This document shows, one piece after another, positions 35,508 through 43,998 of a stretch of 64,000 bases of DNA. A model generated the notes under the pieces. That model had not been told where the DNA came from. It worked only from the letters and a program-made list of their open reading frames with translations, and ran no database searches. Source of the stretch: a virus (Duplodnaviria; Heunggongvirae; Uroviricota; Caudoviricetes); the IMG/VR virus record IMGVR_UViG_3300031413_000001; one strand, 5' to 3'. Each line of letters begins with the position of its first letter. Position 1 is the first letter of the stretch. The translations under genes were made by a program, and so were the position numbers.

Positions 35508-35724
35508 CGGAAACTCTCTTAAAGTGAAATTCCAAACTTGTCATCCCATAATCTTCGAACATCCAACATTCGCCATGTTCCCAGTCCACACCCCATGCGC
35601 CAATGTTTTCTTGGATCCAGTCCCAGCACTCGTCCGAGAGACTGTCGTCGAAGCCGTGTTCATCTATAATGCAGACGCGGCTCTTGGGTATCACGACCCG
35701 AACGCCGTCAAGCCTCCTCGCCAT
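35476..35724 (-). CDS. LFKLxW-family protein 39
   Basis: FKRVSDAMLFKLTWA. Confidence 0.9.
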   Translation of the reverse strand: MARRLDGVRVVIPKSRVCIIDEHGFDDSLSDECWDWIQENIGAWGVDWEHGECWMFEDYGMTSLEFHFKRVSDAMLFKLTWA

Positions 35725-36073
35725 CGCCCACCTGTGGAATTGCACTCGTGATCGTCAGTGGAATATAGGGGCAGTAAAAGGCCGTGATCTCCGGCATCAC
35801 TACTATCTGGATATCGGCGTGATCGTGCCAGGCTAACTTGAACAATTGAAAGACACTGGGGTCCTCAATCCAGATAGCCCTGCCTTTATCCATCCATGCC
35901 GTTCCCCATCGACCGGGACAGGTGTTGTCCATCCATTCGGCAAGAAAAGGTAAGATGCGGGGATTGGCACGAATATGCGTGGGCACTTCAGCATCAATGG
36001 CTTCCCAGGCAAAGAACATTTCTCCATCGCTGGGAACAATATACCACTGATGATGTTTCTCGATGAGTTTCAT
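35708..36073 (-). CDS. LFKLxW-family protein 40 with capsid-like C-terminal tail
   Basis: FQLFKLAW then TAFYCPYIPL. Confidence 0.85.
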   Translation of the reverse strand: MKLIEKHHQWYIVPSDGEMFFAWEAIDAEVPTHIRANPRILPFLAEWMDNTCPGRWGTAWMDKGRAIWIEDPSVFQLFKLAWHDHADIQIVVMPEITAFYCPYIPLTITSAIPQVGDGEEA

Positions 36074-36510
36074 CAGCCGCACGCCAACTTAAACATCACC
36101 GCGTGTTCCTTGCTGTAGAAGGTCCACGTACACTCATAGACCGCAGAGGGAACAGGTTGAAGCTGTGGTATTGGATATCCATTACTGGAGTAATGTTGGG
36201 GCGAGTAATTGTTATAGTTGATTCCTGTTTGAAGACTTCCAACCAGATGAGCGTGTTCTCGAACCTGGGTGTTGTATTCCTCAATCTTCATGATATCCCT
36301 GAGATTATCCTGATATTCAGGCTCAACGGATCTCAGATGACGAAGGCAATCATTCTCGCCCATCCACCGAAATGCCGTGAGGAGTTTTTCCTCGCCGGGG
36401 ATCATAACATCAAAGATTGTGCCATCGTCATTCTGAAATGTGAAGCGGCTACGAGTTGCTGCTTTCAACGGACCAGAGAATTTAACGTCGAAGTGTTCCA
36501 GGATACGCAT
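36073..36510 (-). CDS. LFKLxW-family protein 41
   Basis: FYSKEHAVMFKLACG. Confidence 0.85.
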   Translation of the reverse strand: MRILEHFDVKFSGPLKAATRSRFTFQNDDGTIFDVMIPGEEKLLTAFRWMGENDCLRHLRSVEPEYQDNLRDIMKIEEYNTQVREHAHLVGSLQTGINYNNYSPQHYSSNGYPIPQLQPVPSAVYECTWTFYSKEHAVMFKLACG

Positions 36511-36525
36511 TAACCCATTATGGGG

Positions 36526-36759
36526 TCAGCGGCCTCCAAAAGTCAATTTGAACAAGACAGCCGTGGCATTATCGGGAAGGTTGAACATCACCTGCCATCG
36601 ACTGTGATCGCGACCCAACATCCAGGTGACTTTGTCACTGACTGGCGGTGCGTTGTCGGCAAGCCAGTCCATGATGTCTGGATTGACGTGGACCTTCACC
36701 GATCCATTGCTTGAAGAATGGGCACAGGTCTTAAAGGGCAGAACGACGTTGACGCTCAT
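36526..36759 (-). CDS. LFKLxW-family protein 42
   Basis: TAVLFKLTFGG. Confidence 0.9.
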   Translation of the reverse strand: MSVNVVLPFKTCAHSSSNGSVKVHVNPDIMDWLADNAPPVSDKVTWMLGRDHSRWQVMFNLPDNATAVLFKLTFGGR

Positions 36760-37091
36760 GACCAAGTCAGCTTGAATAACATGGCGTGTTGCTTTTCCCG
36801 GAATACCAGTATCGCTCCAAGATCTGGACTATTGCCCACTTTATAGCCAGGAGCATATTGTTCCATCCAGGGATAAAGCTCACTGGCACGCCACTTGCTA
36901 TCAAAATGATCTCGGAAAAGCTGCTGGAGGTTTTCCTGTGGGCTGTTGCGGGCTTCCTGATCTTTTCGGGTAAGACGTTCCTCAGGGGTCTCGCGACCGC
37001 GCAGAACAAAGGAATTCTCAGGAATACACTTCTCGACGATTACTTTGAGTGGATTACCGCAATCCCAGACCATTTTATAGCTAGTCTGCAA
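36756..37091 (-). CDS. LFKLxW-family protein 43
   Basis: FREKQHAMLFKLTWS. Confidence 0.9.
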   Translation of the reverse strand: MQTSYKMVWDCGNPLKVIVEKCIPENSFVLRGRETPEERLTRKDQEARNSPQENLQQLFRDHFDSKWRASELYPWMEQYAPGYKVGNSPDLGAILVFREKQHAMLFKLTWS

Positions 37092-37359
37092 TCAACTTGC
37101 TCCTGATCTCCGCAGTCCGCTGGGAGATAAGGTCGATCATCTTCATGGTGACCTGTACGTCGTTGTCCACCAGCCACCGGAGATCGTCCTCGTGGCTCTT
37201 TTCCAGATGACGGTGCATTGCTTCAATGCCTTCTGGCGGAGGACCCATTCGAGCGCAGACCTGATCGGCCAGCTGATGAAAGAGCTCCGCTCGCTTGATG
37301 ATCGAGACGTAAAAGAGATTTCGCATCACACGCTGGTCGGCCACTACAATCCTCCCCAA
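37081..37359 (-). CDS. Hypothetical helical protein inside the array (no motif)
   Basis: Fills the gap between members 43 and 44. Confidence 0.6.
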   Translation of the reverse strand: MGRIVVADQRVMRNLFYVSIIKRAELFHQLADQVCARMGPPPEGIEAMHRHLEKSHEDDLRWLVDNDVQVTMKMIDLISQRTAEIRSKLIAD

Positions 37360-37598
37360 GTCAGTTTGAATAACATGACCTTATCCAGATCACAACCCTC
37401 TAGAAATGATATCATCACGCTATCTGTGCTGTCGTTGAATCCCCACACGGTGTTCATGGACACCACAGTTGCCAGCGGTTCGGCTGTGACATCATAGAGC
37501 TTTCGCTCCACTCCATCATCGTCCTTGACTAGCTTCCAGGGAAACCTATCTGTGGGTATGAAGATGGTTGTGATGATCACATTATCCCGAATAGTCAT
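37344..37598 (-). CDS. LFKLxW-family protein 44
   Basis: VMLFKLTWGG. Confidence 0.9.
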   Translation of the reverse strand: MTIRDNVIITTIFIPTDRFPWKLVKDDDGVERKLYDVTAEPLATVVSMNTVWGFNDSTDSVMISFLEGCDLDKVMLFKLTWGGL

Positions 37599-37882
37599 CG
37601 ACCACCCCATGCAAGTTTGAACATCATCGCCTTCGCGGGGTCTTTGAACTTGAAGTGAAGGAATTTTGCCGGACCGTTCTGGCGATCACCAGTTGCCAGA
37701 TACATGGGATCAATAGAACTCTCGCTGGCCCTCAGATAAAAGGCAGCTTTCCGGCTCCATGTATAATCCGTCATATCGCTGGCCTGTTGGCCTACATTCT
37801 GCACCAGCCAGTCGTGCATGACGAGGCGGAGGCCGTAGCCATCCCAAATCTCATCATTGACCTTGATGCAGATGTGCGTCAC
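37595..37882 (-). CDS. LFKLxW-family protein 45
   Basis: FKDPAKAMMFKLAWGG. Confidence 0.9.
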   Translation of the reverse strand: MTHICIKVNDEIWDGYGLRLVMHDWLVQNVGQQASDMTDYTWSRKAAFYLRASESSIDPMYLATGDRQNGPAKFLHFKFKDPAKAMMFKLAWGGR

Positions 37883-38160
37883 CGACCACCCCAAGAAAGT
37901 TTGCAGAGCATGGCATGACTGGGTCGATAGAAGAAGATAAAGAGACCCTTGTTATCCTCATCCTTGGTGGTGGTCCAAAGAATACCCAGCGGTCCGGCCG
38001 TGTCGTGTAGCCACTTTTGAAAGTCGGCGGTTGGATTGCGATGCCGTATGTAGCTGAATCCTTTGGACGTGGAAACATTCACACTCTCAAATGCCGGACT
38101 GTCATAGGATATGAATACCCTATGGCCCTGTTCAACAAGTGGATCCGCTAGACGTTTCAT
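37879..38160 (-). CDS. LFKLxW-family protein 46
   Basis: KGLFIFFYRPSHAMLCKLSWGG. Confidence 0.9.
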   Translation of the reverse strand: MKRLADPLVEQGHRVFISYDSPAFESVNVSTSKGFSYIRHRNPTADFQKWLHDTAGPLGILWTTTKDEDNKGLFIFFYRPSHAMLCKLSWGGR

Positions 38161-38167
38161 AGAACCG

Positions 38168-38194
38168 TGTTAGCACCAGAACTTCCAGTGTCAA
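38168..38194 (-). promoter_or_regulatory. Early-type promoter, near-leaderless
   Basis: TTGACA-ctggaagttctggtg-CTAACA, 7 nt before ATG. Confidence 0.8.
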
Positions 38195-38195
38195 G

Positions 38196-38486
38196 CTATT
38201 TGAATGTGAGCTTGAACATCAGAGCGTGGTTTCTATCTTCAAAGCAATAGCAGATGTATTTGTTACTGGTCACCGCATTGTGGTACCAACTCCCCTCCTC
38301 GGGGGATTCTGGATCACGAAAATAGAAGCTGTTGTACTGGTCATCACCAACGTTGTTGGCAACCAGCCACTCATCAATGTCATCACGAAGAACCTGAGTG
38401 CTCTCACACCAGATGCTGCCAGGCAATTTCAGATATACGATGTGATAGTTGTCCTCGCCATTGGACTCTTCTGACAAATTGAACAT
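38196..38486 (-). CDS. LFKLxW-family protein 47
   Basis: FEDRNHALMFKLTF. Confidence 0.9.
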   Translation of the reverse strand: MFNLSEESNGEDNYHIVYLKLPGSIWCESTQVLRDDIDEWLVANNVGDDQYNSFYFRDPESPEEGSWYHNAVTSNKYICYCFEDRNHALMFKLTFK

Positions 38487-38520
38487 CGCTCCTCCTACCT
38501 TTTGGGTAGCAGGAGTGCTT

Positions 38521-38814
38521 TCAAAAGTTCAATTTATAAAACCACAACAATTTGAACAACGCTGCTTCATTGCGATTACGAAACGCAAACGTGTAAGCGG
38601 TTGTTTTCCTTGGATACGTCTGGTATTTGTTCTTCTGATCCAAGAAGAAACCATCTTCATACTGGTGTACAAACCAATCAGTGGATTGGGGACCATCATC
38701 ATATAACCAATTGATGGAGTCAATCAGACGATCATATATGGGATCCTCGTGCCAGACACCAGGCACGGTCACGTGGTAGGGGAGAGCAGCCAATCGCTGC
38801 TGGGCATTCTTCAT
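38521..38814 (-). CDS. LFKLxW-family protein 48
   Basis: FRNRNEAALFKLLW. Confidence 0.9.
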   Translation of the reverse strand: MKNAQQRLAALPYHVTVPGVWHEDPIYDRLIDSINWLYDDGPQSTDWFVHQYEDGFFLDQKNKYQTYPRKTTAYTFAFRNRNEAALFKLLWFYKLNF

Positions 38815-39029
38815 CCCCATACCAACTTGAAGGCAACGGCCTTTCGAGCATCATCAAAGATAAACCGCCAACCTAATGGATCACCACCGGGCTTATCACA
38901 GATGATCTCCAGCGAGTAATCAAAATTCTTATTCCAGCTTTGATCAGTCAGCCACTGGAATAATTCAAAATCATTACCTTCGCGGGGGTAGATATCAACG
39001 ATCTTGCAGAATGGATACTCGGTACTCAC
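38811..39029 (-). CDS. LFKLxW-family protein 49
   Basis: FDDARKAVAFKLVWG. Confidence 0.9.
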   Translation of the reverse strand: MSTEYPFCKIVDIYPREGNDFELFQWLTDQSWNKNFDYSLEIICDKPGGDPLGWRFIFDDARKAVAFKLVWG

Positions 39030-39235
39030 ATGCCACCCAGTGTGAGTTTGACGATCAGGGCCTTGTTGGCATCGTGAAACCAGAAGCTAAGATAGTCCAG
39101 CTTTCCGCCGTGCATGTCAATCTGCCAGTCACGTTCCGCTTTGAGCTTGTTTTCATGCAGCCAGTCGATCGAATTGTCGCCATAGGGATCCTTGGCCCAG
39201 CTGATCTTTACCTCGTAGATGAATTGCTTTCTCAC
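39026..39235 (-). CDS. LFKLxW-family protein 50
   Basis: FHDANKALIVKLTLGG. Confidence 0.85.
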   Translation of the reverse strand: MRKQFIYEVKISWAKDPYGDNSIDWLHENKLKAERDWQIDMHGGKLDYLSFWFHDANKALIVKLTLGGM

Positions 39236-39543
39236 ACGCCGCTCCAGGCTAACTTGAACAGCATGGCTTTCTTGGGATCCGCGAAGCCAAAGTGAGCGCA
39301 GCCATCAATGCGGAGTATCCGCCAGGAACCTTTCCAGCCCCACTTGCTGCTGTAGATCATTTCCTTTCCCACGTGGGCTAACAACCAGGCTTTTACCTCG
39401 TCGCTGGCCCGCATAACAAAGGGTTCGTCGTTCCATGCCCAGATGTGGTCATCGGATTTAACAAAGGTATGACTCACCGTCCGCCCCACGTCATCTTGAA
39501 GCGGACGGCTTCGCTGGACAATTTGAACAAAAATATCAGACAT
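39232..39543 (-). CDS. LFKLxW-family protein 51
   Basis: FADPKKAMLFKLAW. Confidence 0.9.
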   Translation of the reverse strand: MSDIFVQIVQRSRPLQDDVGRTVSHTFVKSDDHIWAWNDEPFVMRASDEVKAWLLAHVGKEMIYSSKWGWKGSWRILRIDGCAHFGFADPKKAMLFKLAWSGV

Positions 39544-39806
39544 GCAGAGTTATCATCTTTCCCCACTTGGGTAAAGGAGGTCAGCGATGCCGGTTCCCTC
39601 TTGACTGCGAAGCCCTGTTTGATATGGGCCCTGCACCAAGTTTCCAGAAACAACAGAACGGATGTGGACTTTAGATCGTCCAGAGGTGTGGCCATGTCCT
39701 CCCGTTCTTGATCGAACAGGTGAAACATGGTTCCCATCGTGATTGTAACAGGTGTCCAGCTTTCCAATTGCATCTCACGGTTGACCCTAGATAAGGCTTT
39801 GAACAT
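39474..39806 (-). CDS. LFKLxW-family protein 52
   Basis: FKLSSEAVRFKMTWGG. Confidence 0.85.
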   Translation of the reverse strand: MFKALSRVNREMQLESWTPVTITMGTMFHLFDQEREDMATPLDDLKSTSVLLFLETWCRAHIKQGFAVKREPASLTSFTQVGKDDNSACLIFLFKLSSEAVRFKMTWGGR

Positions 39807-40290
39807 GAGTACCTCCGAAAGTCAACTTGAACAACATGGCGATCCTGGCATCCTTGAACTCAAACCCCGTGGCGTTGAGGACTCCAGTCTCGGTTATATA
39901 GGGACCATAGCTGTAATCACCGGAGTTTGCCAAGTCATGCTCCTTGAACCATTTGGCAATGTCGGTGTTAGCTAGAGTTCCTTCACTGTAACGGATTCCT
40001 CTGACGATCACCACATGCTTGTGGGAGGGATTCCAGTCCGTGAAGTGGTTTTTGAATTTGGTACCCAGGACTTCATCGTTCCAGTGGAACAACGACCAGT
40101 GACCATCAATCGAAGCCCAGAGACGAAGGGGGCGGGTTTCTAGGGCATGGCTGTCAACGACCTCCTGGTCCCTTGTTCCCGCCCAAGCGTCATGGTCGTC
40201 CAGCCACTGGTCAAGTTGCTTTCCCAGCTTGGCCGCGAAGTTACCATAATCGATAACACAATACTGACGAGTGGAGATACAGACTAGCAT
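39787..40290 (-). CDS. LFKLxW-family protein 53 (tandem two-domain)
   Basis: WNDEVLGTKFKNHF and FKDARIAMLFKLTFGG. Confidence 0.85.
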   Translation of the reverse strand: MLVCISTRQYCVIDYGNFAAKLGKQLDQWLDDHDAWAGTRDQEVVDSHALETRPLRLWASIDGHWSLFHWNDEVLGTKFKNHFTDWNPSHKHVVIVRGIRYSEGTLANTDIAKWFKEHDLANSGDYSYGPYITETGVLNATGFEFKDARIAMLFKLTFGGTHVQSLI

Positions 40291-40550
40291 CAGCGCCAAC
40301 CTCCAAAGGTCAGCTTGAAGTGAAGGGCGGTACCACGATCGCGAAAGGCCCAGGCCATCGTGACCTTCTTGCTGTAACCGGGCTTGCCGGTCTGGTGCTC
40401 AAAGCAAACAAAGTCCTTTTGGTAGACTAGGTTGCTTTCCTTGATCCACGCAATCATTTCCTCGCTGCGGGCCAACTGACGATCAGTGGGCAGATCAGGC
40501 AGTTCCAGCGCGGTGGGAAATTGGCGGTACTTGCTGTCGATCTGTTTCAT
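40290..40550 (-). CDS. LFKLxW-family protein 54
   Basis: FRDRGTALHFKLTFGG. Confidence 0.9.
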   Translation of the reverse strand: MKQIDSKYRQFPTALELPDLPTDRQLARSEEMIAWIKESNLVYQKDFVCFEHQTGKPGYSKKVTMAWAFRDRGTALHFKLTFGGWR

Positions 40551-40557
40551 AGAACTG

Positions 40558-40584
40558 GCTTAGCACCGCTCTACTCTATGTCAA
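40558..40584 (-). promoter_or_regulatory. Early-type promoter overlapping the upstream stop codon
   Basis: TTGACA-N15-CTAAGC, 7 nt before ATG. Confidence 0.75.
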
Positions 40585-40796
40585 CCAAATCGTAGCTTGA
40601 AGTGCATGGCGAGTTGTCGATGCTCGTCGCTGAAGCCAACGCTACGCTGGCCAAAGGTGGTGAAGACCTTTCGACTCTCTAGATTGTTCTTGAGGATCTG
40701 AGCCCACAGCCAGGAAAAGGCATCCGTGTAGTCGGTAATACAACATGCCAGTTCTACACGGTGCGGCCATTGCTGTTCAAAGGTGGGCTCTACCAA
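40581..40796 (-). CDS. LFKLxW-family protein 55
   Basis: LAMHFKLRFG. Confidence 0.85.
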   Translation of the reverse strand: MVEPTFEQQWPHRVELACCITDYTDAFSWLWAQILKNNLESRKVFTTFGQRSVGFSDEHRQLAMHFKLRFG

Positions 40797-41050
40797 TCCT
40801 GATCTTCCCGTCGCTTGCCCAGATAGATATTGCAGTCCAGCAGATCATAGTGGCCGTCCACGTAGATCTTGTGCTCACCGGACTTGAACTCCCGGAGCCA
40901 GGAGTCGTCGGCATCCATAACGTACACGATGGAGCCATCATAACTGACAACAACCATCTTGGTAGCGCCGGTTGCTAGAAAGCTCAGCGTTACACGGAAG
41001 ATATGCGGTTCCTGGCTGAGCATCTTTACGGGACTTTCCACGCTTCTCAC
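40790..41050 (-). CDS. Hypothetical protein
   Basis: First ORF of the minus array, no motif. Confidence 0.65.
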   Translation of the reverse strand: MRSVESPVKMLSQEPHIFRVTLSFLATGATKMVVVSYDGSIVYVMDADDSWLREFKSGEHKIYVDGHYDLLDCNIYLGKRREDQDW

Positions 41051-41080
41051 CTTATGATGTGAATAACAGTTTACGATGGA

Positions 41081-41350
41081 TTATTGAGTTGTCAAGTAGA
41101 GCAAACCAAAATGTCCGGCCAGATAGGTGAGGAATCCACCCCACCCGGCAATGAACAATAGGATGGCAACAAGAATGGTCTTTTCCTTGATGCTGATGCC
41201 CTTGGAGATCACATAGCTGTACGCTAGGATCAATGCCAAGATGGTGATCGCAGCCATGATAACGCTGACGCCAGAGAGGGCGAGGCCCAGGAGACCAAAG
41301 AACATAACACTTAGAATGTGCATAGGGTTGTATCCTTTCCTAGAATACAA
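41081..41350 (-). CDS. Membrane protein
   Basis: 2-3 hydrophobic segments. Confidence 0.7.
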   Translation of the reverse strand: MYSRKGYNPMHILSVMFFGLLGLALSGVSVIMAAITILALILAYSYVISKGISIKEKTILVAILLFIAGWGGFLTYLAGHFGLLYLTTQ

Positions 41351-41515
41351 CCCTACTACAGAAGCTTCCCAAGCAGCAATATGTATATGCTCTATCTATA
41401 CTCTTTGTCAACCGCATATATGCCAGGGCGGAAACCACAAAGTACGTGGATAAGCCCTGATACCTTGTACTAAATATCAGCGAGCAGCCCGCAGGAGTTA
41501 ATAGTGAGTTAGGCT

Positions 41516-41779
41516 ATGAGCAATATCATTCACTTTCCCAACGCGGTACAGGCAAGCCGTGGGGCAATGACACTAGAACCGGCTAAGGCCACAGTCAAAG
41601 ACGGTTCATATCCAATGCTAATAGGGCCGTGGGAATACACTTGCTTCAAGTGCGATACCAAGGTTTCCTTTGATTCGCAAAACATGATTTTTAGATCGGT
41701 AGACTTTCACTGCGCCAAATGTGGTGCAATCCACAAGGTTGTCAACCCCGCGTTTTCAACCGCAATCACAAAAAAGTAG
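41516..41779 (+). CDS. Zinc-ribbon protein
   Basis: CFKC...CAKC; TAAATA upstream at about 41470. Confidence 0.75.
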   Translation: MSNIIHFPNAVQASRGAMTLEPAKATVKDGSYPMLIGPWEYTCFKCDTKVSFDSQNMIFRSVDFHCAKCGAIHKVVNPAFSTAITKK

Positions 41780-41818
41780 AGTTGGTAAATATCGGAAATC
41801 CTCTCCAAGGAGATCGTT

Positions 41819-43192
41819 ATGGCTAAAAAACCAACTCCGGAAAATCCCGGAACTTATCTTCCGATCCCTGGCCAAACGACCGCAACGCCCGATGAGGCAA
41901 ACGCGGCTAAGATTGCCGCCAGGAACACATCGGCCAGTGAAACGGCTGCGACCAGCAATGAGATCGTAGTCAATCCCAACGCCAACGATGGCAAACTCTT
42001 CATCTCTTCAAAACCCAAGGGCAACGAAACAACCGTTCCCGTGATCCAAACCAACCTCCCCGTTGAGGCTGGTGGTCAGGGACCCAAGGGTGATAAGGGA
42101 GACAAGGGTGATAAGGGCGATAACGGTCCTCCTGGCGAAGTAGACTATGACAAGCTCAGGGACTTGATCCAGTCAATGCTCGACGATATGCTGAACTTTA
42201 AGAGTTTGAAGTATGTCAATGGAACTCCCACGTCGGTATTCGGCACCAAGTCCATTACGTTGCAGGTTGAACTCGTCGACAGTGTGGCAAACACCAGCAC
42301 GATCGTTACTCCCATCTGGTCGATCGCCAGCGGTGCAGCAACCATCACGGCTAGTGGTGTCCTGACTGGTGCTGATGTGCAGATTGATACGCCGGTTACG
42401 GTTGTTGCCAACTACACGGACAGCAAGAACAAAAAGTACACGGCAAGCACCAACGTTACGATCAAGGCTCTGAAGCCTGCATCGTTGGCCGTAAGTGGCC
42501 CAACGGTCCTGACTGCCGGTGCGACTACCACTTATGTGGCAACTGTTTATTACACAGACGGCACCAGCAAGGTTGTTACTGCGCTGAGTGGTACGACTTG
42601 GACGCTGAGCAATGCTTCCATTGGTGTCCTGACTGGCAACAGCTTGAAGGTTGCAGCATCAACGACCAGCAACATCACGGGTATCGTGAAGGCAACATTC
42701 GTTGAAGGCACCACAACAGTAAGCGGACAGACGAATGTTTCCCTGGCTGCACCGGTAGCAGAGGGTATCAAGCCATTCTATGGCGTTGCCGTTCACCCCG
42801 TAGCAGGCACCACCACTGAACCCGGCACTTACACCAAGTGGAGCGAGTTCGTCAATGGTCTGGCTGGACGAGGAACGAATGCCTCCAAGGTCAACACTTT
42901 CTCAACCGTACAGGGCGTTGACCAGTATGGTTGGTACGCATACCCCAAGAGCTATGGTCTGATGCCAACGGCAAAGATCAAGGGCAACGGACAGCCTGGC
43001 CCAGGTGGTTGGGATTCCGCTCTTGCTCCAAACGGTAAGACTGGTGTTGCTTGGTACGGTGATTCCAGCGGCGAAGGTCCACTGGAAGTCAGCGTTACCG
43101 TCAATGGCGTCGCAACTCCCTTCTATCTCTACCGCACGGACAACAAGGTTGCCAGCGGTACGTTTGCTGAGACTTGGGTCGTCAGCGCATAA
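41819..43192 (+). CDS. Collagen-repeat and Ig (Big_2-like) fibre protein
   Basis: GPKGDKGDKGDKGDNGPPG; Thr-rich Ig segments; late promoter at 41787. Confidence 0.85.
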   Translation: MAKKPTPENPGTYLPIPGQTTATPDEANAAKIAARNTSASETAATSNEIVVNPNANDGKLFISSKPKGNETTVPVIQTNLPVEAGGQGPKGDKGDKGDKGDNGPPGEVDYDKLRDLIQSMLDDMLNFKSLKYVNGTPTSVFGTKSITLQVELVDSVANTSTIVTPIWSIASGAATITASGVLTGADVQIDTPVTVVANYTDSKNKKYTASTNVTIKALKPASLAVSGPTVLTAGATTTYVATVYYTDGTSKVVTALSGTTWTLSNASIGVLTGNSLKVAASTTSNITGIVKATFVEGTTTVSGQTNVSLAAPVAEGIKPFYGVAVHPVAGTTTEPGTYTKWSEFVNGLAGRGTNASKVNTFSTVQGVDQYGWYAYPKSYGLMPTAKIKGNGQPGPGGWDSALAPNGKTGVAWYGDSSGEGPLEVSVTVNGVATPFYLYRTDNKVASGTFAETWVVSA

Positions 43193-43204
43193 GGGGAAAG
43201 CACC

Positions 43205-43948
43205 ATGGCACTACAGATTGCTTCTGATCTCGCTCCAGCAGGTGGTGGTACATTCTACCTGCTGGAAGATCAGTATATCAAGGGCGGACTTCAGATCCGT
43301 GAAAGCATTGTGGATCGCGACAAGATCGCTATCACCAATCTAAAGCTGGGTGCGTTGGTTCTTACCATTGACACCAAAAAGATCTGGATGGTAACTGAGC
43401 TGGTTGTTCCCAGTCGTCAGAATCCAGATGCAGTGGCAAAGGTTGAGTGGAAGGAACTTGAGCTCGGCGGAGGCGCTGGCGGAGGAACCGGTGGTACCAA
43501 GGGCCAGTTGATGCTGAACAAGCGCAACATTGCCATCTACACACTGGACAAACTTCCCGTAGATGGAAGCCACGAGTTTGAACTAGAGCTGGGTGCCATC
43601 GCGATGGCATTGAAGATTGAAACCAATCGCCCAGTTCGTGTTCGTGCATTCGCAAAGCCCGAAAAGGATGATGAGAATCCTTACGAGTTCGTAAGCACCA
43701 CTGATCATTTGGCAGATGATGGTCGACAGATGTTTGAAGACGGTACGATCCTTCGTACCCGCAACTACAGCATCCTGGCCAACTTTGAAGATCCAATTAA
43801 GAACTTTCTCTACTGGACCTTTGACAGCATTGATGCCGATGAGGGTTCGGTTGTTCTAACCGTTACATTCTTGACGATGGAAATTGCTGACACTCCTCCC
43901 AATGATGACACAGTAATCACCGAACCTCCGGCGGCCCAGACACCATAA
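43205..43948 (+). CDS. Putative structural protein
   Basis: In late operon; Gly linker. Confidence 0.75.
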   Translation: MALQIASDLAPAGGGTFYLLEDQYIKGGLQIRESIVDRDKIAITNLKLGALVLTIDTKKIWMVTELVVPSRQNPDAVAKVEWKELELGGGAGGGTGGTKGQLMLNKRNIAIYTLDKLPVDGSHEFELELGAIAMALKIETNRPVRVRAFAKPEKDDENPYEFVSTTDHLADDGRQMFEDGTILRTRNYSILANFEDPIKNFLYWTFDSIDADEGSVVLTVTFLTMEIADTPPNDDTVITEPPAAQTP

Positions 43949-43998
43949 TTCGCACCACTAAATACTGAAAACCCCACTCCCCTTCACAGGAGGCCAAA

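Noticed and set aside
24788-40796. Integron cassette array
   Set aside because: No attC-like imperfect palindromes between genes (most genes overlap), no integrase in the window, and the conserved element is coding with synonymous variation.
24788-40796. Diversity-generating retroelement or shufflon
   Set aside because: No reverse transcriptase, TR/VR pair or invertase seen. Variation is N-terminal and not adenine-specific.
41081-41350. Holin assignment
   Set aside because: Hydrophobic, but 6.5 kb from the endolysin and on an early-type transcript. Not enough evidence.
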